From assembly GCA_031260805.1 (NCBI GenBank), contig JAISKV010000004.1, positions 4,227-68,226 on the forward strand: DNA of 64,000 bases, in the 5' to 3' direction. Made by a program: the position numbers and the translations under genes. The DNA is from Rickettsiales bacterium. Its GTDB lineage: Bacteria; Pseudomonadota; Alphaproteobacteria; Rs-D84. Shown piece by piece: positions 1 through 8,529 of this stretch. The notes beneath the pieces are model-generated. The model ran no database searches and had not been told where the DNA came from. It saw only the letters and a list, made by a program, of their open reading frames with translations. Numbering within the stretch: the stretch's first letter is position 1; each line of letters starts with the position of its first letter.

Positions 1-207
1 GATGCACGGACAAAACCCATGCGGCGAACAGTCCGGCGATTGTTGACTTGCCCGAATGACGAAACGCCAGCAGCAGTCCGCGGCGCGGCGCGGTTTCCCA
101 CACGGATACCAGAAATTCCAGTATGCGCAAATGATGCCGGGGTGTTTTATTCCCCAGCATCCGGTTCCAAGAATTTACAAAAGATATTGCGGAATCCAGC
201 ATAAAAA

Positions 208-555
208 TTATGCCAGCAGCGACTCAAACTTTGCGATGAATGATTTCAGCAAGTTTGGCTTTTTCGTCTTTAATTTGGAAATCTTTTCCATGTTCGCCAA
301 TCGTTTTGACTGAAAAGGCTCTTCCGTTTCATCGCGCAGTCTTTTAAGAACCGCTTCATCGCTCATGCTGCGCCCTGATGCGCCGCTTGCGCCGTATTTG
401 GCGCGCTGGGCGGCCAAGGCTTTCTTTACCAGATTCGCCTTGGCTTTTTCGTCTTCGGCAATCTGCGCCAAGATTTTTGACTTCTCGGCCTTGGTCGCGT
501 TGTTTGCTTTTTTGTTTGTGATTATTTCCTGGATGTCGTTTACAATTGTTCCCAT
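208..555 (-). CDS. Hypothetical K/E-rich coiled-coil protein, last gene of the phage-like operon in this window (internal virion or scaffold-like)
   Basis: ORF directly downstream of the gp12-like gene; charged, low-complexity helical composition. Confidence 0.4.
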   Translation of the reverse strand: MGTIVNDIQEIITNKKANNATKAEKSKILAQIAEDEKAKANLVKKALAAQRAKYGASGASGRSMSDEAVLKRLRDETEEPFQSKRLANMEKISKLKTKKPNLLKSFIAKFESLLA

Positions 556-574
556 TTTTACACTCCTGTGTTTT

Positions 575-2287
575 TTATATTAAATACTGGCCTTCCATTT
601 TTATGGAAAGTATTGTCGCGCGCATGCCGCTGGTTCCTGAAATTTCCCACGGCGACGATGTCGCTGCGCGGTTCGTTCCCAGAAATACTGCTGACACGGC
701 ACCGGAAAACGGTTCCGTGAAAGTATGTTCAGATTCTGATTCGCAAACTGTGAATTTCAGATAATCCGATTCATGCAGCACGGCCGAGATTTTATTTATG
801 CGGACCTTTTCCGGCATGTGCCCGCCGCCCAGCATAGGCAGTCCGGATGCAGAGTATTGAAACGGCGGCTCGTCCGGGTCATCTGAAAATTTTTCCAGCC
901 AGAAATCGTCCCCGCGCCGCACGATGGCAAAAGTTTCATTGCCCAGGGTTACGACGGATCTGAATTGCCCGTCTGTTTCATACCGCGCCCAGCCCGAGAT
1001 TCCCATTTCGGAATTTTTATTCAAGACCGCCATGGTTCCGTCCGCCATCGCGACGAACAATTTTCTCGCCGCGCCGTTAAATGAAATGTCAACCGGCCCG
1101 TTCATCAAATGCCGCGCCGCCGCGCACAAATCGCGCGCGTTGTAATTCTGCTGCAAGTCATCCAGAACCAGTTCGCGCAATTCATCGCCTGTGCCGGCGA
1201 TGAAAACGGTGCAGTTTTCAATGCTCTGCGGTTCCAGATATTTTTCGCCGAAAGTGCCGATGGTGGCGTGCTGCTTGATGTCAATGGTTGAAGGCGTCAG
1301 CGGCTTGCTGGAAATCGCCCACACGCCGGCCGTGGTCAGAATCTGCAAGTTGTCGCAGGATACGGCCGTGCAGATTCTTTGCCTTTTGGATGCCAGCAGA
1401 GTCATGAAAATCGCTTCGTCATCCAATCCCGTTCCAGCGTTGAAATTATAGTGGTCGCCGACCTTGGACATCCAGATTCCGGCATCCCATTCGCGCGATC
1501 CGCCGAATACCAGACGGTTCTGATGGAATGTCGCGCAGCGCGGATATCCGCGGCGCGCGCTGAATGCCGATTCAGACCAGTCGCTCGTCTGCGTGCCTGG
1601 CGTCGTCCATCCGCCGTTCGTGTACGCGACGATCTGCGTCGGAGAAATGTATGACGAAATTATCCACTGCTTGCCCAGCGCCGTCAAATTCCCGTTAACA
1701 TTTCCGGCCGTCCAGAAATTACCGCTTGCGGTTATGGTGGCATAGTTCGTGCCTGCGCCGTTTTGCGCGAATGTCAGTTTAATATTCAGCGAATCGTCAA
1801 AGCGCATGAACGGGATATTGCGCGACATGTCGTCATTCACGCTGAAATAAAACTGCGCGATATCAAATGATTCGTCCGGCAGTTTTTTCAGCACCATCGG
1901 CGGATGATTTTCATGCGTGAAAATCATAGTGCCGAATCGCTGCGTGTACTGCACCGACGGGGTTTCGGCATCATTCCAAGGGGTCTGCAAATTTTGATAA
2001 AATTCGCCGTCCGGCGAAAAGATATCCACATGCCCGTCTGACAATGCCAGAATAAAATTGCTGCTGTCATCCGCGCAGTACGGGACCAGCACTGAATTTT
2101 CCGCAACGCCGTGCAGCCGCCGCAATCCGCGCCGCGGACGAATCGCTCCGCTGTCCGCGATGTCCATGTTGCACAGCCGCGCCAGCCCCGACGCCGCAAA
2201 TCCGTTGTCGCCGCGCCCCAGAAATTCCGGCGATATCTCGCCGTTTGCAAAAGAGTTTTGCGTCTTGATAAATTTTCCCATGTTCAC
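575..2287 (-). CDS. Phage tail tubular protein B-like (T7 gp12-like)
   Basis: N-terminus FIKTQNSFANGEISPEFLGRGDNG ... SGAIRPRRGL recalls T7 gp12 SIKNLKGGISQQPDILRYPDQG ... EGLQKRPPL; it follows the gp11-like gene with an ATGA overlap. Confidence 0.45.
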   Translation of the reverse strand: MNMGKFIKTQNSFANGEISPEFLGRGDNGFAASGLARLCNMDIADSGAIRPRRGLRRLHGVAENSVLVPYCADDSSNFILALSDGHVDIFSPDGEFYQNLQTPWNDAETPSVQYTQRFGTMIFTHENHPPMVLKKLPDESFDIAQFYFSVNDDMSRNIPFMRFDDSLNIKLTFAQNGAGTNYATITASGNFWTAGNVNGNLTALGKQWIISSYISPTQIVAYTNGGWTTPGTQTSDWSESAFSARRGYPRCATFHQNRLVFGGSREWDAGIWMSKVGDHYNFNAGTGLDDEAIFMTLLASKRQRICTAVSCDNLQILTTAGVWAISSKPLTPSTIDIKQHATIGTFGEKYLEPQSIENCTVFIAGTGDELRELVLDDLQQNYNARDLCAAARHLMNGPVDISFNGAARKLFVAMADGTMAVLNKNSEMGISGWARYETDGQFRSVVTLGNETFAIVRRGDDFWLEKFSDDPDEPPFQYSASGLPMLGGGHMPEKVRINKISAVLHESDYLKFTVCESESEHTFTEPFSGAVSAVFLGTNRAATSSPWEISGTSGMRATILSIKMEGQYLI

Positions 2288-2808
2288 CCCCGCACGCCGA
2301 TCAGCGGAAAGTTTTGTATGCCGCGAATCGGCGAATTGCTGCTGTCAATGAACTTGGCGTTCGCCAGTTCCAATTCATATAATCCGGACAGAGTTCTGAA
2401 TAAATTCTGATCGCCTGTCAGCGGCATGCAGAATTCCATGGCCAGTTTTGTCGCGGCGACCCCGATGAAATGACTGGGAAAAAATTCGCAGGATTTTTTC
2501 GCTATGGCGATTATTTTTATATTTTCCGCCGCGGTGAAAATCTCGTTTCCAATTATCTCGAAATTGCTTTCCGAACAAGAAATAATGCGCAGGACATCGG
2601 TCGGAATTGCAAATCCGCCGGATGCGCTGCGCGTCAAATCATATTTCATCGTCGCGAATCTCCAAGGATGCGCGGCGGTCAGATTGTCAATCGTCATGTC
2701 CCACACGGCGGCGGCCAGCATTGCGGCGGCCGAATTCTCATCCAGGGCCGCAATCGGCTTTTCCCCCAGTTTCAGCAAAGCCAGTGAAATTAAGTCAATT
2801 TGCGTCAT
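2284..2808 (-). CDS. Phage tail tubular protein A-like (T7 gp11-like)
   Basis: N-terminus IDLISLALLKLGEKPIAALDEN ... HPWRFA resembles T7 gp11 NDILASIGEPPVSTLEGD ... RGWTFN; gene order capsid, gp11, gp12 as in T7-like podoviruses. Confidence 0.45.
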   Translation of the reverse strand: MTQIDLISLALLKLGEKPIAALDENSAAAMLAAAVWDMTIDNLTAAHPWRFATMKYDLTRSASGGFAIPTDVLRIISCSESNFEIIGNEIFTAAENIKIIAIAKKSCEFFPSHFIGVAATKLAMEFCMPLTGDQNLFRTLSGLYELELANAKFIDSSNSPIRGIQNFPLIGVRG

Positions 2809-2809
2809 G

Positions 2810-3034
2810 TTAAATCCTTTTTATTTTTACGGCTGGCGCGGCGTCTGTTATCTTGAACAGCGCGGTGTCGTCCAAACCGCAGATTATTATTATGTCGCCG
2901 CCGTTCATCAGGCTTTTCATAGTGTTGAAAAATCCGTCGCAGCACAAAGCATCCATTTTGTCATGCGAACTGTAATGCCACAGCGTGAATCCGTTCGCGT
3001 ACGCGATGACGGACAGGTTTTTGTTTTGGAACAT
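2810..3034 (-). CDS. Small hypothetical phage-module protein
   Basis: 74 aa ORF packed between the hairpin and the gp11-like gene. Confidence 0.3.
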   Translation of the reverse strand: MFQNKNLSVIAYANGFTLWHYSSHDKMDALCCDGFFNTMKSLMNGGDIIIICGLDDTALFKITDAAPAVKIKRI

Positions 3035-3044
3035 GCTAAACTCC

Positions 3045-3133
3045 TTGGTTAAGTTTAAGGTTTGAGGTTTGAGGTTTAAGGTTTAAGGTAATTTTGTCAA
3101 TAACCTTAAACCCCAAACCTCAAACCTTAAACC
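3045..3133. terminator. Long near-perfect hairpin (aaggtttaagg / ccttaaacc arms, about 32 bp stem) immediately downstream of the capsid-like gene
   Basis: Inverted repeat seen directly; its position mirrors the T7 T-phi terminator after gene 10; the same aaggttt motif flanks host terminators elsewhere in the window. Confidence 0.5.
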
Positions 3134-3137
3134 TTGT

Positions 3138-3953
3138 TTATTCGCCGCACTTGATTTTAACGATGCCTTCGTTGTCAATCAGAACGCTGCCTTGGCTCAT
3201 GGAATTGCAGACAAAGTGCGAAGCGCGTTCGCCCACCCACGAGATGTCTGTTTTGACATCTTGGCCGACCGCGTGTCCGATTGCGGACGCGTGATACATA
3301 AAGCAGTCGCGCTCGTCATCGTCCACAGGCAATCCGTTGTGCAAAACCCAAATGACGCCCAGCCATTTCTTGGTCTCGAACCCAGACACCAGCGGTGTTT
3401 CGCCGCCGACATATTCCGCGGAAACGAATTCGTCCATGGACAGCAATTCATTCCACTGATGCACACCGACAACGGCGAACCTGCGCCCGTCATCAGGAAT
3501 GTCATTCGCGTTCAGCGATTCAATCGCGGACAAAATTCCGTCCTTGGTCAAACCGTCAGAGTAATCGCCGACAAAGTTGGTGGCGGCCGCCATTGAATTG
3601 ATAATCAATTCATCTGTCTTGCGCCCCAGCGCGTACGCGCCCGCGGACGCAACGACGCGCCGCTCGTCAATGTTGGTTTTGATTTCGTCCAACGCGTCAA
3701 CCCAGTCGCCGGCATAGTAATCCTGCAAGGCGCATTCAACGGATGTGTGCGCCAGATTCATGACGGGAACCAAGTCATGACGGGTTTTCGTGCTGGCGGT
3801 GCCGCGTCCGACTTTTTGGAAAGTCGTGCTGGAACCGACAATGCCGTCTTTGGAACGGATGGTGCTGCGCAGTTTTGTGCCCATCTGCTGGTATGCGAGA
3901 TGAACATCGGCCTCGAACTGCTTGACAAAGGCCTGGTTTATGCTTGTTGACAT
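3138..3953 (-). CDS. Putative phage major capsid protein
   Basis: 271 aa ORF at the capsid position, upstream of the gp11-like and gp12-like genes; no strong motif, so this is a positional call. Confidence 0.4.
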   Translation of the reverse strand: MSTSINQAFVKQFEADVHLAYQQMGTKLRSTIRSKDGIVGSSTTFQKVGRGTASTKTRHDLVPVMNLAHTSVECALQDYYAGDWVDALDEIKTNIDERRVVASAGAYALGRKTDELIINSMAAATNFVGDYSDGLTKDGILSAIESLNANDIPDDGRRFAVVGVHQWNELLSMDEFVSAEYVGGETPLVSGFETKKWLGVIWVLHNGLPVDDDERDCFMYHASAIGHAVGQDVKTDISWVGERASHFVCNSMSQGSVLIDNEGIVKIKCGE

Positions 3954-4106
3954 TATATTTTCCTTTGGTTGTAAAAAAACTTCGCGTATGCGAAGTCTGA
4001 TTGATTTGATTGTCCGTTATGCGTTGCCGCGCGGATTCTCAAATATCGCGGGTCCCAAAGATTTTCCGCAAATAGAAATGCAAAAAAATCGCCCGAAGGC
4101 GATTTT

Positions 4107-4373
4107 TTATTTTTTAACGACTTTTTTTGCCGCCGGTTTTTTCGCAACAACTTTCTTTGTGACCGGTTTTTTCACCGCGACTTTTTTCACCGCCGGTTTT
4201 TTCGCAACAACTTTCTTTGCGACCGGTTTTTTCACCGCGACTTTTTTCGCCGCCGGTTTTTTGGCGACAACTTTTTTCGCAGCCGGCTTTTTCGCGGCGA
4301 CTTTCTTTACTGCCGGTTTAGCAGCCGGTTTCGCGGCGGCTTTGACAACAGGTTTTTTTCCAAACAATGCCAT
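4107..4373 (-). CDS. Lys/Ala-rich basic repeat protein (histone H1-like), encoded by about 60 bp tandem DNA repeats
   Basis: AAKKPAAKKVVAKKP periodic repeats; tandem nucleotide repeats at 4121-4300; the plus-strand ORF 3922-4446 is its antisense artefact. Confidence 0.5.
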   Translation of the reverse strand: MALFGKKPVVKAAAKPAAKPAVKKVAAKKPAAKKVVAKKPAAKKVAVKKPVAKKVVAKKPAVKKVAVKKPVTKKVVAKKPAAKKVVKK

Positions 4374-4496
4374 TTTTCTCTCCTTTCAGGACTTAGTCAT
4401 TAGAAACAAATTTTATTGTTCCTTAACCACATTGTATCTGAAATAAAATTCGCGTGCAAGAGAAAAACATTTTTTGCGAATTATTTTTTATTTTTT

Positions 4497-5096
4497 TCAA
4501 CTGTATAATTTTCTGAAACCAGATTCTATTTTCCGGATGTGTTCGCCGTCGCGGTCGCGCCAGTATTTAGGATCCGCCATCATTTTTCGCAACGCCGCGT
4601 CATTCAGGGATTCCGCGGTGTTGGATGCGGTTTCAATTTTCGGTTCGGACGATCGCATCATCGCGAACACGGACTTGATTCCTTCCGCAGACCGCGACAA
4701 GTTTTCATACACATCGCCCGGCAGAAATTTTTCGCCGAAAGAATTTATTTCGCGCATCGCGTCATTCATTTTGTCTTCGCCGCCGAAAAATTTCTTTAAC
4801 TCTGCAAAATTTTCCGATTCGTATTGCGTTGAAAAAATGTTTTCCAGAACCGGCTGCAAAAATTCGTTCGCGATTTCATAAATTTTTTCCGCCTGGGCGC
4901 GGGACAGCCCCGCGTCCTTAAAGCGCTGCTTTAACTCTGCCGATGAAAACAGTTCGTGTTCCGGGTACTCGTTCGGGTCTTCGGGAATGTCGGCCGTTCT
5001 GGCCCCCAGTTTTTTTTCCAATTCGGCATAAGATTTAATCAGCATTTCATTGTTCAGCGAGCCGTCTTCATTCTGAAACTTTTTTGGGACTTCCAT
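4497..5096 (-). CDS. Acidic helical hypothetical protein (scaffold-like)
   Basis: 199 aa acidic, helical composition; sits upstream of the capsid-like gene as in T7 gene 9. Confidence 0.4.
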   Translation of the reverse strand: MEVPKKFQNEDGSLNNEMLIKSYAELEKKLGARTADIPEDPNEYPEHELFSSAELKQRFKDAGLSRAQAEKIYEIANEFLQPVLENIFSTQYESENFAELKKFFGGEDKMNDAMREINSFGEKFLPGDVYENLSRSAEGIKSVFAMMRSSEPKIETASNTAESLNDAALRKMMADPKYWRDRDGEHIRKIESGFRKLYS

Positions 5097-5292
5097 TTTT
5101 TCTCCTTTTGTTATCCATGCCGCGGCGCAGGAAATAAATCCCGGCCAGCGGATAAATTGCGTTCAGCATCTCGAATATGTTTTGCAATCCGGTTAGGTAC
5201 GCGCCGACGGCCGTCAAAATGCCGATGCCGGAAATTATAAAAGTGCGATGCCCGGCCAGCGCGCCGCCGGAAATTATCTGCTTTAATTTCAT
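5068..5292 (-). CDS. Small membrane protein (holin-like: hydrophobic segments plus a charged C-terminal tail)
   Basis: Start moved to MKLKQ so it abuts the stop of the upstream gene; hydrophobic segments and a basic tail. Confidence 0.35.
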   Translation of the reverse strand: MKLKQIISGGALAGHRTFIISGIGILTAVGAYLTGLQNIFEMLNAIYPLAGIYFLRRGMDNKRRKNGSPKKVSE

Positions 5293-5296
5293 AGAA

Positions 5297-5692
5297 TCAT
5301 CCTTTGTAGAATAAAAAATCGCCGACTTCGGCGATGTATCCAATATTGTAAGCCCAACTGGGGTTTTCGTTCTGGCGATGAAACCGCACCGCGCCGTTCA
5401 CACGATCGGGCAGTAGTTTTTTAAGCGATGCCTTTGCAACGCGCGTCGCCATTTTGATTTCCGGTGAATCGGAATCGGCGTACGCGAATCCGACCGGTGC
5501 GAACATGGGAATGATTTCTTCCCAGTCGCGGTCGTACTGTTCGCACAGATTATTTAACGCTGATGCGACGGCCTCGCATTCGGCCAGGGTCCTGGTCGCG
5601 CCCAGCGCGTTCAGTATCCGCGCTATCTTTGCGGCGGTTATGTCAAATTCGCTTTCATTTTCATAAACGGTCAGTTCCATTGGCGGCTCCAT
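5297..5692 (-). CDS. Hypothetical protein
   Basis: Start trimmed to MEPPMEL to avoid overlap with the divergent gene at 5808. Confidence 0.4.
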   Translation of the reverse strand: MEPPMELTVYENESEFDITAAKIARILNALGATRTLAECEAVASALNNLCEQYDRDWEEIIPMFAPVGFAYADSDSPEIKMATRVAKASLKKLLPDRVNGAVRFHRQNENPSWAYNIGYIAEVGDFLFYKG

Positions 5693-5807
5693 AAAAAAAA
5701 GCCGCGAATGCGGCGTAAAAAAAACGCGCCTTGCGCGCATCGTTGTTAAAAGCAGTATATCATAAAATGGCATTAAAATCAAGTCAAAAATATGATATAA
5801 TTGTATC

Positions 5808-8327
5808 GTGCTGAAAAATATACTCTGCGGTTTGCTGGTCGGAACCATGCTGTTCCAAAATATTTCATTCGCTGCGACGAACGCGCGCCGCGGGATTTCA
5901 GCGCCGGTCAGCGGGCCCAAGATTGTCGCGCGCGCGGCGGCAACCGCTTCCGTCGCGGGGGACGGGCAAAAGATACAGGTTGCGAAAACAAACTCGCTGG
6001 CGCCCCAAGAATGCCAGGATTATTGGTTCGGATGCATGGACGGATTCTGCATGTCTGATTCCGACAATGGCGGCCGCTGCATGTGCGGCGCGGATAAAGT
6101 CAAACTGGATGCGGAACTGCAAGGCATCAAAAATCAGATAAATGACAACGCGAATGCCGCATTGATTGCCAGCGACACCATAGCGGCCGGCGCAAATGCG
6201 GAAATCGTAAATTCCGGAACCGTGCGCCAGAATCGCGCCGCGGTCAAGGCGGCCGCCGCGTTGCGGACTTCGTCAAATGACGATGACATTTCCAGCATGA
6301 CCGGCATCCGGCGCCAGAACGCCGCCACGGAAATCTGCATGGAAAATCTGCCCGTCAATTGCGCGGATTCAATAACGATGACGAAAAGCCTGTATGCGAC
6401 GCAAATAGCGTCCGACTGCGGCGCGTATAAAAATTTCGTCGCGTCGCAGAATTTGGCGCTGCGCGATTCCAACTATGAAAAAGACAAAACGATTCGTGCC
6501 GCCGCGATGAAGAGTTTCGAGGATTCCAACAAATACACCCTGGGCGAATGCACGACTGAATTTATCAAGTGCATGCACACGCCGGACGCGTGCGGCGAAA
6601 ATTTGTGGGGCTGCATTTATCCTGACGAAAACGCGATGCAGACCGTCCTGCAAAGCAAAAAGTTGGTCTGCGATCACATAACAGCCAACTGTGTTCAATT
6701 CCGCGACGAAGTATGGCCGGCGGCGATGGCGGCGATGCGGGATGAATTTATCTTTGCGGCCCAGGCCAAGACCAGCGACGAATTGCAAAACTGCGGCGGC
6801 GAAATTGAAAAGTGCATACTGACGGCGTGCAATGAAAAAATCAACGGCGCGGACGCGAACGCATGCCTGGCGCGGCCGGAAATGGTGGAATCGTTTTGCA
6901 GGCCGCAGATAGAAAGATGCAACACGATAAACCCGCAGATTTACGAGTACAAACTGGCGGAATTGCAAGGCATGCGCAAAGATGCCTGTATGAAGGAATT
7001 TCAAGACTGCCTGTTGTCCGACAATGCCTGCGGCGAAAACATGTCCAATTGCATCGGGCTGGATCGTCCGCATATCCAGAAAATGTGCCCGCCGGAAAAG
7101 TTAGTAATTTGCAAAGGGTCAAATCCGAACTTTTCAATAAGCGACATAGACGACATGATAAACGGGATTTATCTGACGGCTGATAACGAAATGTGGAAAC
7201 TGTGCAGCAAAACAATCCAAGATAAAATGACTGAATTGTGCGGCGCGACGACCAGTTGCAATTACTTTGCGAGCACGGCGATTGGCAAAGACAATGTGAA
7301 TTATCAAAAAGTGAAAGACCAGCACTTGCTGACCGGAATGATAAATTGGGAAAGCGTTCCCGTGGTTGATGGAAAGATAGATACCGACGCGTACATCAAG
7401 ATGGTGCGCGGGATTGGCGATACAAAAAACACTGCGGATTCCGAAGCGGTGCTGGCCGGCATCCGCACGGGGCTGGACGATGCCCAGGGCTATGCGGACC
7501 GCGTGATAAATCTGTTGACCGCGGATCCGGGCGTCAGCGCCTGCATCAATGGGCGCGACATGTCCCAGGTGTCCGGTCGCAACAGCAAAATAGAAGGCCG
7601 CTTTCCAAATATTGCCGAGCCGTATAAAAATGTCATAACCCAATCAATATTGAACTATGCGCAGATGAATCAGAATGCCCGCGTTTTGGAATTGACGCAA
7701 AAGGCCAAGGAAGGCAAAAGCGCGGAAGAAATTGAAATGATGTGCCTGCAACTGCCCAGCCTGCTGGAAGGCGGCGCCAAGCAATTCAGCCAGGATCAGA
7801 ACAGCGAATTTATAACTGAAAGCAATTTTGCGACGACAAAGGTTATCGGAACAACGCTCAGTAATGTGCAGATGGCAAAGTTGAAAACGACAAAATTTCA
7901 ATTCACAAAGAACGATGTCATGTCGCGCGAGACATGGGCCGTGTACGAAGCCAGGGATAAAATATGCCATATTTATGGCAAGGATACTTTCTGCGGCAAG
8001 GAATCAACGGTCAAGGCGTATGTGCAGGCTGCGGAAAAGTCGTATGAAGACATCAAGAAAGAAGCGGCGAAAAACCTGAAAAAAGAAAGACTTGGTGAGG
8101 CAGGCGAAGCGGTCGCAATCGGTGCAGGAATCGCGATTGCCGCTGTTGCGGCGAATGCGGCGATTGTCGCGACATTCGGCGCGATTATAACGGTCGGCGC
8201 GTGCGTCCCGATTGTCGGCTGGATTGTGGCGGCGGCGGCGATTATAGTCGGCGCATTGCTGATAATATTCCGTAAAGAAAAAACGCTGTGCGAAACGCGC
8301 GATTGGGATAATCCGGTGCCGTTTTAA
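5808..8327 (+). CDS. Large secreted Cys-rich protein with C-terminal Ala/Gly-rich membrane anchor
   Basis: Signal peptide MLKNILCGLLVGTMLFQNISFA; recurring C..DACGEN..C motifs; hydrophobic C-terminus; antisense ORFs in this span are artefacts. Confidence 0.7.
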   Translation: MLKNILCGLLVGTMLFQNISFAATNARRGISAPVSGPKIVARAAATASVAGDGQKIQVAKTNSLAPQECQDYWFGCMDGFCMSDSDNGGRCMCGADKVKLDAELQGIKNQINDNANAALIASDTIAAGANAEIVNSGTVRQNRAAVKAAAALRTSSNDDDISSMTGIRRQNAATEICMENLPVNCADSITMTKSLYATQIASDCGAYKNFVASQNLALRDSNYEKDKTIRAAAMKSFEDSNKYTLGECTTEFIKCMHTPDACGENLWGCIYPDENAMQTVLQSKKLVCDHITANCVQFRDEVWPAAMAAMRDEFIFAAQAKTSDELQNCGGEIEKCILTACNEKINGADANACLARPEMVESFCRPQIERCNTINPQIYEYKLAELQGMRKDACMKEFQDCLLSDNACGENMSNCIGLDRPHIQKMCPPEKLVICKGSNPNFSISDIDDMINGIYLTADNEMWKLCSKTIQDKMTELCGATTSCNYFASTAIGKDNVNYQKVKDQHLLTGMINWESVPVVDGKIDTDAYIKMVRGIGDTKNTADSEAVLAGIRTGLDDAQGYADRVINLLTADPGVSACINGRDMSQVSGRNSKIEGRFPNIAEPYKNVITQSILNYAQMNQNARVLELTQKAKEGKSAEEIEMMCLQLPSLLEGGAKQFSQDQNSEFITESNFATTKVIGTTLSNVQMAKLKTTKFQFTKNDVMSRETWAVYEARDKICHIYGKDTFCGKESTVKAYVQAAEKSYEDIKKEAAKNLKKERLGEAGEAVAIGAGIAIAAVAANAAIVATFGAIITVGACVPIVGWIVAAAAIIVGALLIIFRKEKTLCETRDWDNPVPF

Positions 8328-8407
8328 TAAAAACCGCCTTTGTGCGGTTTTTTGACTTTAATTTCGGCTTGCAATATTGGATTTATCATTTATAATGTAC
8401 CGCGCAT

Positions 8408-8483
<76 letters not shown>

Positions 8484-8488
8484 ATATT

Positions 8489-8515
8489 CACCGCCATTTT
8501 CGGCGGTTTTTATTT
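8489..8515. terminator. Rho-independent terminator hairpin
   Basis: caccgccattttcggcggtt followed by a T-run. Confidence 0.5.
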
Positions 8516-8529
8516 CGCTGCTGGCATTC

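Noticed and set aside
3922-4446. Plus-strand 174 aa ORF with FFATTFF repeats
   Set aside because: It is the antisense reading of the Lys/Ala repeat gene on the minus strand, a repeat-induced open frame
6369-7215. Several minus-strand Arg-rich ORFs inside the Cys-rich protein gene
   Set aside because: Antisense artefacts in a GC-rich coding region; the plus-strand 839 aa ORF has a signal peptide and consistent motifs
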